A stretch of DNA of 64,000 bases from Candidatus Moraniibacteriota bacterium (GCA_030679895.1 JAUXSN010000047.1:1328-65327), one strand, 5' to 3'; counted from the first letter of the stretch, positions 1 to 8,870 are shown. Numbers and translations: made by a program. The notes: generated by a model not told the origin, from the letters alone.

Positions 1-720
1 TATAACCTCATTGACGAATGACTCATTAAGCAGATTTGTTTTTTTGAGCACTGAAGCAGTGTCGGGATGAGAGATAAGAAAGCCTTCCGAGTCGACAATA
101 TACACTTTTTGATCCGTTGTAACCAGTTTGCTGTTGGCGATGATATTCCAAATTTCCTGAAGAGATAATCGGGCAATGAGCACCCCGGGCATTTCACCGC
201 TTGAACTTTCAACGGGAAGCGCGATAGTAAGAATTGGTATGGATTTTTCGTCGGTGCAGACTTTGCCTAAATATAATTTTCCTATTTTCGCCATTTGAAA
301 CTCCTTGGAATCGGATATATTTTTTTGATTCTCGGGATTCGAAATGGAAAATTTTGACATTTTTATCATTTCGTTTCCATCCTTGTCGGCAACCGATATC
401 TCCATGAACCAGCCTTTTTCCCGCATTAATTTTCCTATCAGTTCTTTTTTTTCTTCCTGGCCGCCGGTAAGATCGATTTTTCCCGCGAGTTCCGCGAGAG
501 CCGTGACGTTTCCGTCGATGAACTTTTCTATTTCTGTTCTCGAAGTTTCAGCTATCCCCAATCGAAGGAATACGGCCGTTTCGCGCACATTTTCCATGCT
601 GGATTCAAAAAAACTAAGATAAGAAAAGGCTAACACGAGGCCGGTAAAAAGAATTATAACTTGTGTCAGCCGCAAAGGCTTTACTTTGAGATAATTTTTT
701 ATTTTTTCTAAAAAATTCAT
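1..720 (-). CDS. Cache-domain sensor protein, N-terminal part (C-terminus beyond window edge)
   Basis: Open frame from the ATG at 718-720 to position 1 with no stop. N-terminal TM segment (VIILFTGLVLAFSYLSFF), then an extracellular Cache-like region (GKLYLGKVCTDEKSIPILTIALPV...KVYIVDSEGFLISHPD). The plus-strand ORF 344..622 lies inside it and is treated as spurious. Confidence 0.5.
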   Translation of the reverse strand, partial: MNFLEKIKNYLKVKPLRLTQVIILFTGLVLAFSYLSFFESSMENVRETAVFLRLGIAETSRTEIEKFIDGNVTALAELAGKIDLTGGQEEKKELIGKLMREKGWFMEISVADKDGNEMIKMSKFSISNPENQKNISDSKEFQMAKIGKLYLGKVCTDEKSIPILTIALPVESSSGEMPGVLIARLSLQEIWNIIANSKLVTTDQKVYIVDSEGFLISHPDTASVLKKTNLLNESFVNEVI

Positions 721-749
721 AACCGGAAAAGGAAATAATTTCTGCTTTT

Positions 750-1778
750 TTATCGAATAACTTTATCGGCTTCTTTGGGTATTCTATCCGTGATTGTCAG
801 CCCTATGGATTCCAAGTTTTTTTGGTTGACGACAATATCAAATTTATCGGGAGTAAGAATCGGTGTCGTTTGAGGTTTTTGGCCGGAAAGGACGCTAGCC
901 ACGACCGAAGAGCATTGAACACCCATATTATAAAAATTCGCGCCATATGTCAGTGACACTCCTTTTTCAGCCAAAGTTTGCTCGTGCCCCATTGTTGGAA
1001 TTTTCAGCTCCAAAGATTTTTTAATGATCAAGTCGGCGTTGCTCACGACCATGGCATCGGGAGTAATAAAAATACCGTCGAATTCACCGGCTGTTATATC
1101 AGCGAGCGCTTTTTCGAGTTCGTCCTTATCTTTTACGATAATTTCTTTCATCTCGACATTGAGAACCGGCGCGGCATTTCTCGCGTTTTCTATGGAAATT
1201 TGAGAAAACTTGTTCTTGGGATTATAAAAAGTTACCACTTTTTTAAGATTCGGGAACGCCTCTTTGAACATTTCCAGCCTTTTTCCGGAAAGTTCGGCGG
1301 AAAGATTCGAGCAGCCCGTCAAGTTGGTTTCAGGCATAGCGTAGCTTTTGGCAAAGCCGGCTCCTATCGGATCGCCAACGATGTTAAAAACAATTGGCAG
1401 TTTGTCTCCGGAAATTTTTGAAACTTGAGTTGTTACCGGCGTGGAGATTGAATAAATTATGTCCGGTTTTTCCGCAATAAGTTCCTCGATAACGGATTTT
1501 AGGGCATCGGTATTCCCCCGGGTATCCTTGATTGAGAAGATTACGTTTTCTCCTTCTCGAAAACCTTTTTCTCCAAGTCCTTTTTTGAGGCCGTCCAGGG
1601 CTTGCTGATAGGCTCCGCCAGTCATGACAACGCCGATATTATATTTTTTTTCCGTTTTAGCTGCCTTCTTCCAGCTTAAATCTAATCCCAAAAACTGGTA
1701 ATTATTTCTTTTAAGAAGCCAGAACGCGCCTGCAGCAAGAATAATAATTAAAACCGGAACAAATATTTTTTTGGCCAT
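750..1778 (-). CDS. ABC-type substrate-binding protein, ABC_sub_bind / COG2984 family
   Basis: 342 aa with N-terminal signal/anchor. Motifs IGVVMTGG...IIYSISTPVT...PIVFNIVGDPIGAGF...NLTGCSN are typical of the periplasmic component of the uncharacterized ABC system that is often paired with signalling proteins. Confidence 0.7.
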   Translation of the reverse strand: MAKKIFVPVLIIILAAGAFWLLKRNNYQFLGLDLSWKKAAKTEKKYNIGVVMTGGAYQQALDGLKKGLGEKGFREGENVIFSIKDTRGNTDALKSVIEELIAEKPDIIYSISTPVTTQVSKISGDKLPIVFNIVGDPIGAGFAKSYAMPETNLTGCSNLSAELSGKRLEMFKEAFPNLKKVVTFYNPKNKFSQISIENARNAAPVLNVEMKEIIVKDKDELEKALADITAGEFDGIFITPDAMVVSNADLIIKKSLELKIPTMGHEQTLAEKGVSLTYGANFYNMGVQCSSVVASVLSGQKPQTTPILTPDKFDIVVNQKNLESIGLTITDRIPKEADKVIR

Positions 1779-1958
1779 ATTTTTTATTTATTGCGAGAAG
1801 GACTTATGCGCATTAAAAATGCCTGACGCCTAAAATATGCAAGCGCCCAAACCCCGCGCCAAATTTTGAAAGACGGTAATATGCATGGCGGAGAAATTAA
1901 AACGGTTTGACTATCGGCATTAAATACGGGATAAACCATTATTATGTTCGAACATTAA

Positions 1959-3143
1959 CTATTCCCCTATAGCCAATATAACCACGGTTTCGTTATGAAA
2001 ACATGAAAACGGACGGGATACATCTCCGCCAAGAGGCGCCTGCTCTCCATATGTATAGAAACCGATAAGCGGCACATCCGTTCCCAGTATCGATTGGATA
2101 GCCCTTATTTCCTTTCCGGCATCCTGGCCGAAAAGCTTGCTTCGAGCGATACAATTAAAGACGATAATGGCTTTGGGAACAGCTCCTTTAAGTTGGGCTA
2201 GAGTTTTTTTGGCGGCGTCTTTCGCGGCGATAATGGCGTCATCCTTGCTTCCGATCATAAGCCGCACTTCAGAGCCCTCGGGAATCTCGGCCGCGCAGGT
2301 TATCGCTCCTTTCTCATCCACGGTGATCGGATCCCGGATAAGCAGTTCTTCGCTGCCGTCGACACTCATGCCCAAGGGATAAGTAATGGCCATAATAGCC
2401 AGCGGCTCGGTCTTGAGATCCTCCGCTTTTTTCCCAAAATATTCTTCGTAGATAGTTACTGCCGGTTTTCCGTCGATTTCTTCCAGCACCGCTCCATGGG
2501 ACTTGGTAACTTTTTTGGAAAGTCCAATAGGCGTCCATCCATGGCGAACGCCGACCCCCAGAGAAAATTTTCCGGAAAATCCGACTCCCACAATCGAGGA
2601 CGAAAGTACTTGATTAAGATAATAAACGAAAGTCTCCTTGAACATAAAGTCATCCCCCGCCGCTCCGCCGAAAATAAGAAAATTCTTTCCCAAAATGTCC
2701 TGGACTCCTCTTACGATATCGGCTCCGTTGCCGGTGAGAACATCAGTAAGCATGATAAGAGAGCTGATTTTATCTGACGATTTTTGGGATATGTCCTTAG
2801 CCAGAGCCGCGCCTGCCTCCCGGGCGCCGGCGGAAATCAGGCCGCCGGTTCCGATGGTAAATTTAACGGCATTAGAACTGAAAGACATGACAGCCACCCC
2901 TCCTTTGTTGGCGCCTTCATTTGTAATTTCGCCGGCGTCGCTGCAACCGATTAGCGGAGCTTTTCCACTAGCTTCGTTTATGCCCCGAATCACTTCTTCT
3001 TGCTTAAGGCTGACCGAGGAAAAAGCAATGACGAGATCCGGTTTTTTGGAACCCGCTCTTTTTATTGCCAGGCTGCAGGCTTCATAACCCGCCTGATAAC
3101 CATCTTTGTTATTACTTAGACCTACTCCTGCTTGCGTTGCCAT
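1959..3143 (-). CDS. FIST-domain signal transduction protein
   Basis: 394 aa. The N-terminal FIST_N-like region (DLVIAFSSVS...PLIGCSDAGEI) and C-terminal FIST_C-like end (FGGAAGDDF...PLIGFYTYGEQAP) are recognisable. Confidence 0.7.
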   Translation of the reverse strand: MATQAGVGLSNNKDGYQAGYEACSLAIKRAGSKKPDLVIAFSSVSLKQEEVIRGINEASGKAPLIGCSDAGEITNEGANKGGVAVMSFSSNAVKFTIGTGGLISAGAREAGAALAKDISQKSSDKISSLIMLTDVLTGNGADIVRGVQDILGKNFLIFGGAAGDDFMFKETFVYYLNQVLSSSIVGVGFSGKFSLGVGVRHGWTPIGLSKKVTKSHGAVLEEIDGKPAVTIYEEYFGKKAEDLKTEPLAIMAITYPLGMSVDGSEELLIRDPITVDEKGAITCAAEIPEGSEVRLMIGSKDDAIIAAKDAAKKTLAQLKGAVPKAIIVFNCIARSKLFGQDAGKEIRAIQSILGTDVPLIGFYTYGEQAPLGGDVSRPFSCFHNETVVILAIGE

Positions 3144-3238
3144 AGAAGTTGTGCGTCGAATAATCGCTGTTTCCTGAAAAAATCAAACAGCGAAATCCGG
3201 CATGTTAATGTTTTTATACTCATTATTAATTAAAAAAT

Positions 3239-4051
3239 CTATTTTCCGCGAAGAGCGGCTTCTACTTTTCCCACAATTTCACTGGGGGTGGAATGGGCTT
3301 TGACGATATAGTCCGCCGCCCCGTCCGAAATTCCTCTTTCGATTTCATCTTGCTGGCCGAGATTAGAGGTTATCATGACGGGAATGTTTCGGAATTTTTC
3401 GCTAGCTTTTAGCTCTCTTAGAAAAGTGAACCCGTCAGTGCCCGGCAAAACCACATCCAGGAGAATCAAATCGACTTGGTTTGAAGATAATGTTTCACGC
3501 GCCTGACCAGCGCTGGAAGCTCTCATGATTTTGAATTTTCCCTGCTTGAATTTTTTCTCCAGAAGTCCGGCCATAAACATATCGTCTTCTACGATAAGAA
3601 TATTTCTAACCTCATTGTTGCTTTCGCTTCCAAAAACCCCAACACTCGCCGGCTGCTGCCCGCTGGAACTAAAAATATTATTGACCTTCATGAGCACTTC
3701 ATCCGGATTAAAGTTCACTTTGATGAGATAGTCCCGGATTCCCATCTTATTCGCCCGCTCTATTTCTACCGGCTGACCGGAATTGGAAATGATAATAACA
3801 GGAAGATCGGGCAGTATTTTCTGTTCTACCAATTTTTCCATAATTCCAAACCCGTTAAGTTTCGGGAGCACCATGTCCAGCAGCACGAGATCCGGTTTAT
3901 TTTCCATAATCAAAGCAAGCCCGCTCTCGCCGTCCACGGCTGATTTGACTTCATATCCCGCCTTTTCCAATTTTTGAATCAGCAATTTGGATAAAATTTC
4001 TTCGTCTTCGACCAGGATGATTAATTTTTTCTTGGTTTGGATGTCATTCAT
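3239..4051 (-). CDS. response regulator with two tandem receiver (REC) domains and no output domain
   Basis: Two CheY-like modules (ILVEDEEI...DLVLLDMVLP...; ILIVEDDMF...DLILLDVVLPGTDG). Start is set at MNDIQTKK (ATG at complement 4049-4051), because the longer ORF-track version (to 4201) runs into tRNA-His. Confidence 0.8.
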   Translation of the reverse strand: MNDIQTKKKLIILVEDEEILSKLLIQKLEKAGYEVKSAVDGESGLALIMENKPDLVLLDMVLPKLNGFGIMEKLVEQKILPDLPVIIISNSGQPVEIERANKMGIRDYLIKVNFNPDEVLMKVNNIFSSSGQQPASVGVFGSESNNEVRNILIVEDDMFMAGLLEKKFKQGKFKIMRASSAGQARETLSSNQVDLILLDVVLPGTDGFTFLRELKASEKFRNIPVMITSNLGQQDEIERGISDGAADYIVKAHSTPSEIVGKVEAALRGK

Positions 4052-4159
4052 ATTTTTTATGTTAAATTTAAGTCTGCTTCCATTATAACGAAAAATGCAA
4101 GTTATGGGAAGATTTATTAAAAAACAAAAATACCTCCGCGAGGAAGATATTTTTATTCT

Positions 4160-4234
4160 TGGGGCGACCAGAGGGAATCGAACCCTCGTTCTCGGGACCA
4201 CAACCCGATGTCCTGCCGTTGAACGATGGCCGCC
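4160..4234 (-). tRNA. tRNA-His (GTG)
   Basis: Cloverleaf read by hand. It has the extra 5' G(-1) pairing with discriminator C. Anticodon loop is TTGTGGT, T-arm is GAGGGTTCGATTCCCTC, and CCA is encoded. Confidence 0.85.
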
Positions 4235-4245
4235 ATGTATTTTTT

Positions 4246-4320
4246 TGTGCGTCGTGCAGGGATCGAACCTGCGACCTTGGGATTAAGAGTCCCCTGCTCT
4301 ACCAACTGAGCTAACGACGC
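4246..4320 (-). tRNA. tRNA-Lys (CTT)
   Basis: Acceptor GCGTCGT/ACGACGC, D-arm GCTCAGTTGGTAGAGC, anticodon loop CTCTTAA, T-arm GCAGGTTCGATCCCTGC. The ORF 4153..4359 is a translation of these tRNAs (AQLVEQ...AGSIPA). Confidence 0.85.
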
Positions 4321-4332
4321 AAAATATCTTTG

Positions 4333-4404
4333 TGTCCTCGGGAGGAATCGAACCTCCATAACCAGCTTAGAAGGCTGGTGTTCTATCCGTTGAACTACGA
4401 GGAC
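4333..4404 (-). tRNA. tRNA-Arg (TCT)
   Basis: Acceptor GTCCTCG/CGAGGAC, anticodon stem CCAGC/GCTGG with loop CTTCTAA, T-arm GGAGGTTCGATTCCTCC. Confidence 0.85.
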
Positions 4405-4467
4405 AAGTCTAAATCATAAAATCTCACATTCAGTGAGTATATCTAATTTAAAAGCTGAAGTCAATTC

Positions 4468-4568
4468 ATCCCTCACCATTTTTATTTGGAATATTAAAAA
4501 TTCGGAATAAATACGAGTTATTTTTTTCTCTTAGTTGCTTTAATATATTTCAAAAAATGGTGAGGGAT
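4468..4568. repeat. perfect 16-bp inverted repeat (ATCCCTCACCATTTTT ... AAAAATGGTGAGGGAT) around a 69-nt AT-rich spacer
   Basis: Arms at 4468-4483 and 4553-4568 are exact reverse complements. The right arm abuts the VanW-like gene stop codon (4572-4574). Confidence 0.85.
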
Positions 4569-4571
4569 AAA

Positions 4572-5873
4572 TCACATCCCATTCGCTTTTTTATATTCTT
4601 TCCATTCTTTGCTTGACCAGTCCGTTGGTTTTTCGGTTATTTTTTCCTGACCGGGATGAGGGTATTTCGAAGGCGAATCATAGCTGCTCTTGAATTCCGA
4701 TTTTCGGATAAGATTTCCGTCTGCGCCGTAAACTTCCTGATAGAGAACTGTTTTCATCGCGCCTTCCTCCCCGCGCGATGTCACGGTCGGACCAACAAGT
4801 TTCGCCTTTCGGCCGTCGCTTGTGCCATAGAAATCAAAAGCGAGCTGGGTGCCTTCGATGTGTGTTTGCATGAGAATATATCCCGGCGTGTCGTTCACAA
4901 AGCGAAGATCCGGATTGGGAATATAGACCGTAGCATCGGTTCCTTGCGGAGCGTAATACTGAACGGGATAGGCATGGTTGGTGCGAGCGGTTATTTTGAG
5001 TCCCGCATTGAGTGCCGCTCGAAAGCAAGTGGTTGAAACCTGGCACATCCCTCCGCCGTATTCGGGAATAGTTTTGTCGACTTTGATGACGAGTTCGGGA
5101 AGATATCCGGTGGAGGCGTCGACCGGGCCAAGAGTTTTGATGAAGGAAAATTCTTCTCCGGGTTTTATTATAACACCATTAAATCTGGAGGCACCGACAT
5201 TGATGTTATGAATTCTATTTTTAGGCGACCCGCGAAAATTGGATGTTCCCTGGCCAATAAGCTTTTTGATTCCGTACTTATCGAGATTAGTGCTGGTGAT
5301 TTCCGGCTCAAGTACTTTTGTCGGAAGATTTATGTCTTTTTTGTAGGGATCTTCTTGGAGAGCTTTGATGATATTTTCCCGGCTTTCCTGATCCGATATT
5401 TCATAGCCGTTTTTATTTGTCGAAAAAGCGGAAACTTTATCTCCTTCAAAAGCCAACTTCGCATTTTCCGGATCGACTCTGGTTTCGTCTTTTAATTTAT
5501 TCACAAATCCGCCGAGAGAATCTTCATCAACAGAAAGACTTGTTGATATTCTGATATGGTAGCGATCCCGCTCGCGTCCAAGGAAGCGGTAATATATTTT
5601 TAACATTGGATCGTCAGTCGGAAAAAAATTGATATTTTCCGCTTCGGAGTTGTAGTTCGGATTCATCTTGAGCGCCGGCCGGATTTTGAGGAAAGATTGC
5701 ATAGCATTTTTGTCAGCCGCGATTTTTTGGTTGTTCACGTGAAAAAAAATCGGGGAGCCTATCACTTTCTGCACTTCTTCAACGGAAAAACTGCCCAGAT
5801 TCACTTCCGAAGCGCGGACAAAACATGGTGCGATTATAAAAATAATGAAGAAAAAAAATATCTTTCGTTTCAT
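4572..5873 (-). CDS. VanW-family protein (secreted, signal peptide)
   Basis: 433 aa with an N-terminal hydrophobic signal. The VanW hallmark GGGMCQVSTTCFRAALNAGL is present. Confidence 0.85.
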   Translation of the reverse strand: MKRKIFFFFIIFIIAPCFVRASEVNLGSFSVEEVQKVIGSPIFFHVNNQKIAADKNAMQSFLKIRPALKMNPNYNSEAENINFFPTDDPMLKIYYRFLGRERDRYHIRISTSLSVDEDSLGGFVNKLKDETRVDPENAKLAFEGDKVSAFSTNKNGYEISDQESRENIIKALQEDPYKKDINLPTKVLEPEITSTNLDKYGIKKLIGQGTSNFRGSPKNRIHNINVGASRFNGVIIKPGEEFSFIKTLGPVDASTGYLPELVIKVDKTIPEYGGGMCQVSTTCFRAALNAGLKITARTNHAYPVQYYAPQGTDATVYIPNPDLRFVNDTPGYILMQTHIEGTQLAFDFYGTSDGRKAKLVGPTVTSRGEEGAMKTVLYQEVYGADGNLIRKSEFKSSYDSPSKYPHPGQEKITEKPTDWSSKEWKEYKKANGM

Positions 5874-5950
5874 TGTCCTAAGAATACTCGAAAAACTCTT
5901 ATTCTACAAGTTATTACTGAAAATAATCACGGAAAATTTACCCTGTTAGC

Positions 5951-5981
5951 AAAAACAACCCCGCATTGTGGGATTGTTTTT
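5951..5981 (-). terminator. rho-independent terminator downstream of the Hsp20 gene (hairpin flanked by A-run/T-run; can act on both strands)
   Basis: AAAAACAACCCC-GCATTGT-GGGATTGTTTTT lies immediately after the Hsp20 stop. Confidence 0.6.
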
Positions 5982-6001
5982 ACTGAATATATAGAAATTT
6001 T

Positions 6002-6562
6002 CTAGAATCCCCTCACTTGAATCTTTTTCGTCTTTGTTGTATCGGCTTTAGGAAGGCGGACAGTCAAAATTCCGTTTTTCATTGAAGCTTCAATTTTGTC
6101 AGCCAGCACTTCAACAGGGAGAATCACTGAACGAGAAAAGGTTCCCCAATAACATTCCTGGTAATAATAATTTTCACCTTCCACCTTCTCTTCATTTTTT
6201 CTGTCTCCGCGGATAGTCACCATATCGTTGTTGATGGAAACATCAAGGTCTTCGGGCTTCACGCCGGCAATAGTGGATTTTATGACGATATCGTTTTCAG
6301 TCTGGTAAACATCAATCGTCAGCTGGCCCTCCGAATCCCCCGCCCAGTTTTCATCCTGTTCCGCCGGAGCGTTTTGGGCCGTCGGCTCAACGGCATAATC
6401 TTCCTGGGGGCTGGCTTGAGGCTGGATTGAGTGCGCTCCTTCATAGGAAACCGGAGCCGCCGGAGCCGGAGAATAGTTATAAGGCGAGCCCTGCCTCTGG
6501 CTGTCGCTTTCAGCTCTTCTGGCTCCCGTAAGCCGCTCAAAAAATGATTTTTTTTCTTTCAT
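6002..6562 (-). CDS. small heat-shock protein, Hsp20/alpha-crystallin family
   Basis: 186 aa. The alpha-crystallin domain motifs are present (LTIDVYQTENDIVIKSTIAGVKPEDLDVSINNDMVTIRG ... GILTVRLPK). Confidence 0.9.
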   Translation of the reverse strand: MKEKKSFFERLTGARRAESDSQRQGSPYNYSPAPAAPVSYEGAHSIQPQASPQEDYAVEPTAQNAPAEQDENWAGDSEGQLTIDVYQTENDIVIKSTIAGVKPEDLDVSINNDMVTIRGDRKNEEKVEGENYYYQECYWGTFSRSVILPVEVLADKIEASMKNGILTVRLPKADTTKTKKIQVRGF

Positions 6563-6657
6563 GTTTTTTTCTATACCCTGCCGCTCACGAGCGACGGAGT
6601 AAAATTATATATATTAACGAAGTATTGGATAATATCAATATATATTCATTTCAGAAA

Positions 6658-7260
6658 TTAATCAAGTTCCCGGAAATTAAAGGCGATTATCACCAGACTG
6701 GTGATAAGAGTTATCCCTAAAACGATTCCGACCAGCCAGTTGGTAAAATTGCTTTTTTGGATTATGAGGAAATTATAGAGAAGGTGGATAAGAACGGGAA
6801 AAAAAAGAATTTTAAGAACTATAAATTTTCCGGAAAAAAATCGGCTGGCCAGAAAAGCTCCTATCAGCAGCGCGTTCAAGGCTTGGATCAAAATAATCGT
6901 GGCTAAAGAAAAAATAACTTCCGGAGAAAGAGCGGAAAGATCCGCCAGCTTTTCATTGGAAATAATAATCAGGAGGAGTTCCGTCAGGCCGAAAAATAAC
7001 CCGAAAGTCAGGCTGGCCGCCCAGAGCCTTGCCCTCTCAAGATCAAATTTTTCTTTGAAAAGAAAATAAATTGCCGAATATTTCAAGCCTTCTTCTATAA
7101 GCGTGGCGGCTATCAGGAAAATTCCCAAATGGCCGTAATAATCAAATATAATTTCCTTTTTCCAGAAAATGCTCACGAGAACAGCCAGCAACTGTTCAGC
7201 AAAAACCGCGAATAAAGCCGCGAAAATGCCGAGAGAAATAATTAGAATGATTTTTTTCAC
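6658..7260 (-). CDS. PrsW-like intramembrane metalloprotease family membrane protein
   Basis: 200 aa with about 6 TM segments. Carries EExxK (IEEGLK), FxxxE (FGLTE) and HxxxN (HLLYN) motifs, spaced as in the PrsW family. Confidence 0.5.
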   Translation of the reverse strand: MKKIILIISLGIFAALFAVFAEQLLAVLVSIFWKKEIIFDYYGHLGIFLIAATLIEEGLKYSAIYFLFKEKFDLERARLWAASLTFGLFFGLTELLLIIISNEKLADLSALSPEVIFSLATIILIQALNALLIGAFLASRFFSGKFIVLKILFFPVLIHLLYNFLIIQKSNFTNWLVGIVLGITLITSLVIIAFNFRELD

Positions 7261-7279
7261 TAAATTTAGTTATTATGGA

Positions 7280-8398
7280 TTATACTAATTTGAGATTCGC
7301 GTCCGCCTCCAGATTTTTCCAATTATTATCGAATTTATTTTTATTCTTTGCCAGTTTATATTGATAATGCCCGGCTACGGCGATCATGGCGGCATTATCC
7401 AGCGAGTAGCCGGCAGCCGGCAACTGGTATTGGGAGTTTGGCAAAAGTCTTTTTATCGCTTCGCCAAGTTGTTTTCTTAACTCCTTGTTGGCCGAAACGC
7501 CGCCGCCGAGAAGAATGGTTTTAGGCTTATATTTTTTTGCCGCCTGAACCGTTTTATGGACCAAAACATCAATCACGGCCTGTTGGAAATCATAGCATAA
7601 AGCTGATTTTAATTTTACGCTTTTCAGTATTTTCGGATTATCCCGAATAGTATAGAGAACGGCTGTCTTGAGACCCGAGAAAGAAAAGTCCAGGTTTTTG
7701 GAATTTATCATCGGCCTCGGCAGTTGGAAGGTTTGACCTTGAGGAATTTCCCGATGAATAGTCGGGAAAGGGAAAGGTCGAACCTTGAATGATTTTCGGA
7801 ATTTATCTGCGATAGCGGATACAATTGGACCGCCGGGATACCCCAATCCTAGCATTTTTGCCACCTTATCAAACGCTTCTCCCGCCGCGTCATCGAGCGT
7901 CTGTCCGACAATTTTATAATCCAGATGTTTCTTCATCAAAATCAACTCCGTATGCCCTCCAGAAACGATAAGCGCCAGAACCGGGAATCTTATTTCCCCA
8001 ACATCGGATGTTAGGCTAAGCCGGTCGATAAAATTAGCATAAATATGACCGGATATATGATGAACGCCAACCAGCGGTTTTTTCCAGGCATACGCCAAAG
8101 CTTTAGCGGCATTCGTTCCAATGAGCAGAGCCGGAATGAGTCCCGGCCCCTGGGTGACCGCTATCAAATCGATATTCCCTGAAGAAATTTTGTTTTTCTT
8201 CAAAAAGCCCCGGAGCATCACAGGCAGATTTTTCAAATGTTCGCGAGCAGCCAAATTCGGAACCACCCCGCCGAAAGGGGCGTGGACTTTTGTTTGAGAT
8301 GAAACAAGGCTGTCAATCACCGAGAATCTATTTCTCGAAACATTCACCAGGGCGACGGCCGTATCATCGCAGGAAGTTTCAACGGAAAGAATACGCAT
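7280..8398 (-). CDS. tsaD: tRNA N6-adenosine threonylcarbamoyltransferase TsaD (Kae1/Gcp family)
   Basis: MRILSVETSCDDTAVALV..., GGVVPNLAAREH, HHISGHIYANF, LALIVSGGHTELIL. Start is moved to MRILS (ATG at complement 8396-8398). The ORF-track N-extension to 8506 is a read-through of an upstream repeat copy. The gene also contains an in-frame 61-nt palindromic element at 7728-7788. Confidence 0.9.
   Translation of the reverse strand: MRILSVETSCDDTAVALVNVSRNRFSVIDSLVSSQTKVHAPFGGVVPNLAAREHLKNLPVMLRGFLKKNKISSGNIDLIAVTQGPGLIPALLIGTNAAKALAYAWKKPLVGVHHISGHIYANFIDRLSLTSDVGEIRFPVLALIVSGGHTELILMKKHLDYKIVGQTLDDAAGEAFDKVAKMLGLGYPGGPIVSAIADKFRKSFKVRPFPFPTIHREIPQGQTFQLPRPMINSKNLDFSFSGLKTAVLYTIRDNPKILKSVKLKSALCYDFQQAVIDVLVHKTVQAAKKYKPKTILLGGGVSANKELRKQLGEAIKRLLPNSQYQLPAAGYSLDNAAMIAVAGHYQYKLAKNKNKFDNNWKNLEADANLKLV
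7728..7788. repeat. 61-nt near-perfect palindromic element (family A), in-frame inside tsaD
   Basis: AAGGTTTGACCTTGAGGAATTTCCCGATGAATAGTCGGGAAAGGGAAAGGTCGAACCTTGA. Outer arms AAGGTTYGACCTT/AAGGTCGAACCTT, inner hairpin TTTCCCGAY-GAATA-GTCGGGAAA. Translated as KVRPFPFPTIHREIPQGQT. Confidence 0.9.
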
Positions 8399-8441
8399 AT
8401 TTGATATTATACGGCAAAAGTTTAATTTTAGGAATTTCCAT

Positions 8442-8502
8442 AAGGTTCGACCTTGAGGAATTTCCCGACGAATAGTCGGGAAAGGGAAAGGTCGAACCTT
8501 GA
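8442..8502. repeat. second copy of family A palindromic element, intergenic between hup terminator and tsaD start
   Basis: 59 of 61 nt identical to the copy at 7728-7788. Confidence 0.9.
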
Positions 8503-8507
8503 TCACT

Positions 8508-8551
8508 AAACCACAAAAAACCCCGCGCTATGGCGGAGCTTTTTGTGGTTT
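8508..8551 (-). terminator. hairpin terminator downstream of hup (AAACCACAAAAA-CCCCGCGCTATGGCGGAGC-TTTTTGTGGTTT)
   Basis: Long stem with an inner GC stem. Sits directly after the HU gene stop on the minus strand. Confidence 0.55.
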
Positions 8552-8597
8552 CAAAAGTTCAACCCTAGGCACAGCCGATAGTTGAACTTTAGGATAG

Positions 8598-8870
8598 TTA
8601 GCTCATTACCGCGTCTTTCAGCTTCTTCAAAACTCGAGCCTTAAGAACGGTTTTGGCGGGAATGCTGATGCTTTCTCCCGTCATTGGGTTTCTTCCCATT
8701 CGAGCCGCCCGATTTTTCTTTTCGAGCTTAACCAAGCCCGGAATTTCAACGGCTTCTTTTTTGACCGTGGCTTTCACGACCTCGCCCATGGTCTCAATGA
8801 CCATCAGCACGTCTTTCTTGGCGAGTTGAGTTTTCTCAACAATCGCCTCCACGAGTTCTTTCTTCTTCAT
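8598..8870 (-). CDS. hup: DNA-binding protein HU
   Basis: 90 aa from MKKKELVEAIV. The HU/IHF arm motif is RMGRNPMTGESISIPAKTVLKARVLKKL. Confidence 0.9.
   Translation of the reverse strand: MKKKELVEAIVEKTQLAKKDVLMVIETMGEVVKATVKKEAVEIPGLVKLEKKNRAARMGRNPMTGESISIPAKTVLKARVLKKLKDAVMS

Noticed and set aside
344-622. 92-aa plus-strand ORF near the left edge
   Set aside because: It lies entirely inside, and antisense to, the uninterrupted Cache-sensor reading frame (1..720, minus). Its sequence is low-complexity.
3239-4201. ORF-track N-terminal extensions of the REC-REC gene (to 4201), tsaD (to 8506), pilM (to 20574) and the GTG start of the GT4 gene (13304)
   Set aside because: The extensions run into tRNA genes, a palindromic repeat or the upstream gene. 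Internal ATGs with better context (MNDIQ, MRILSVETS, MNLLTYN, MRIAIFT) match the conserved N-termini of the respective families.
4153-4359. 68-aa minus-strand ORF translating AQLVEQGTLNPKVAGSIPA
   Set aside because: This is the classic amino-acid read-through of tRNA sequence. The region is fully explained by tRNA-His, tRNA-Lys and tRNA-Arg.
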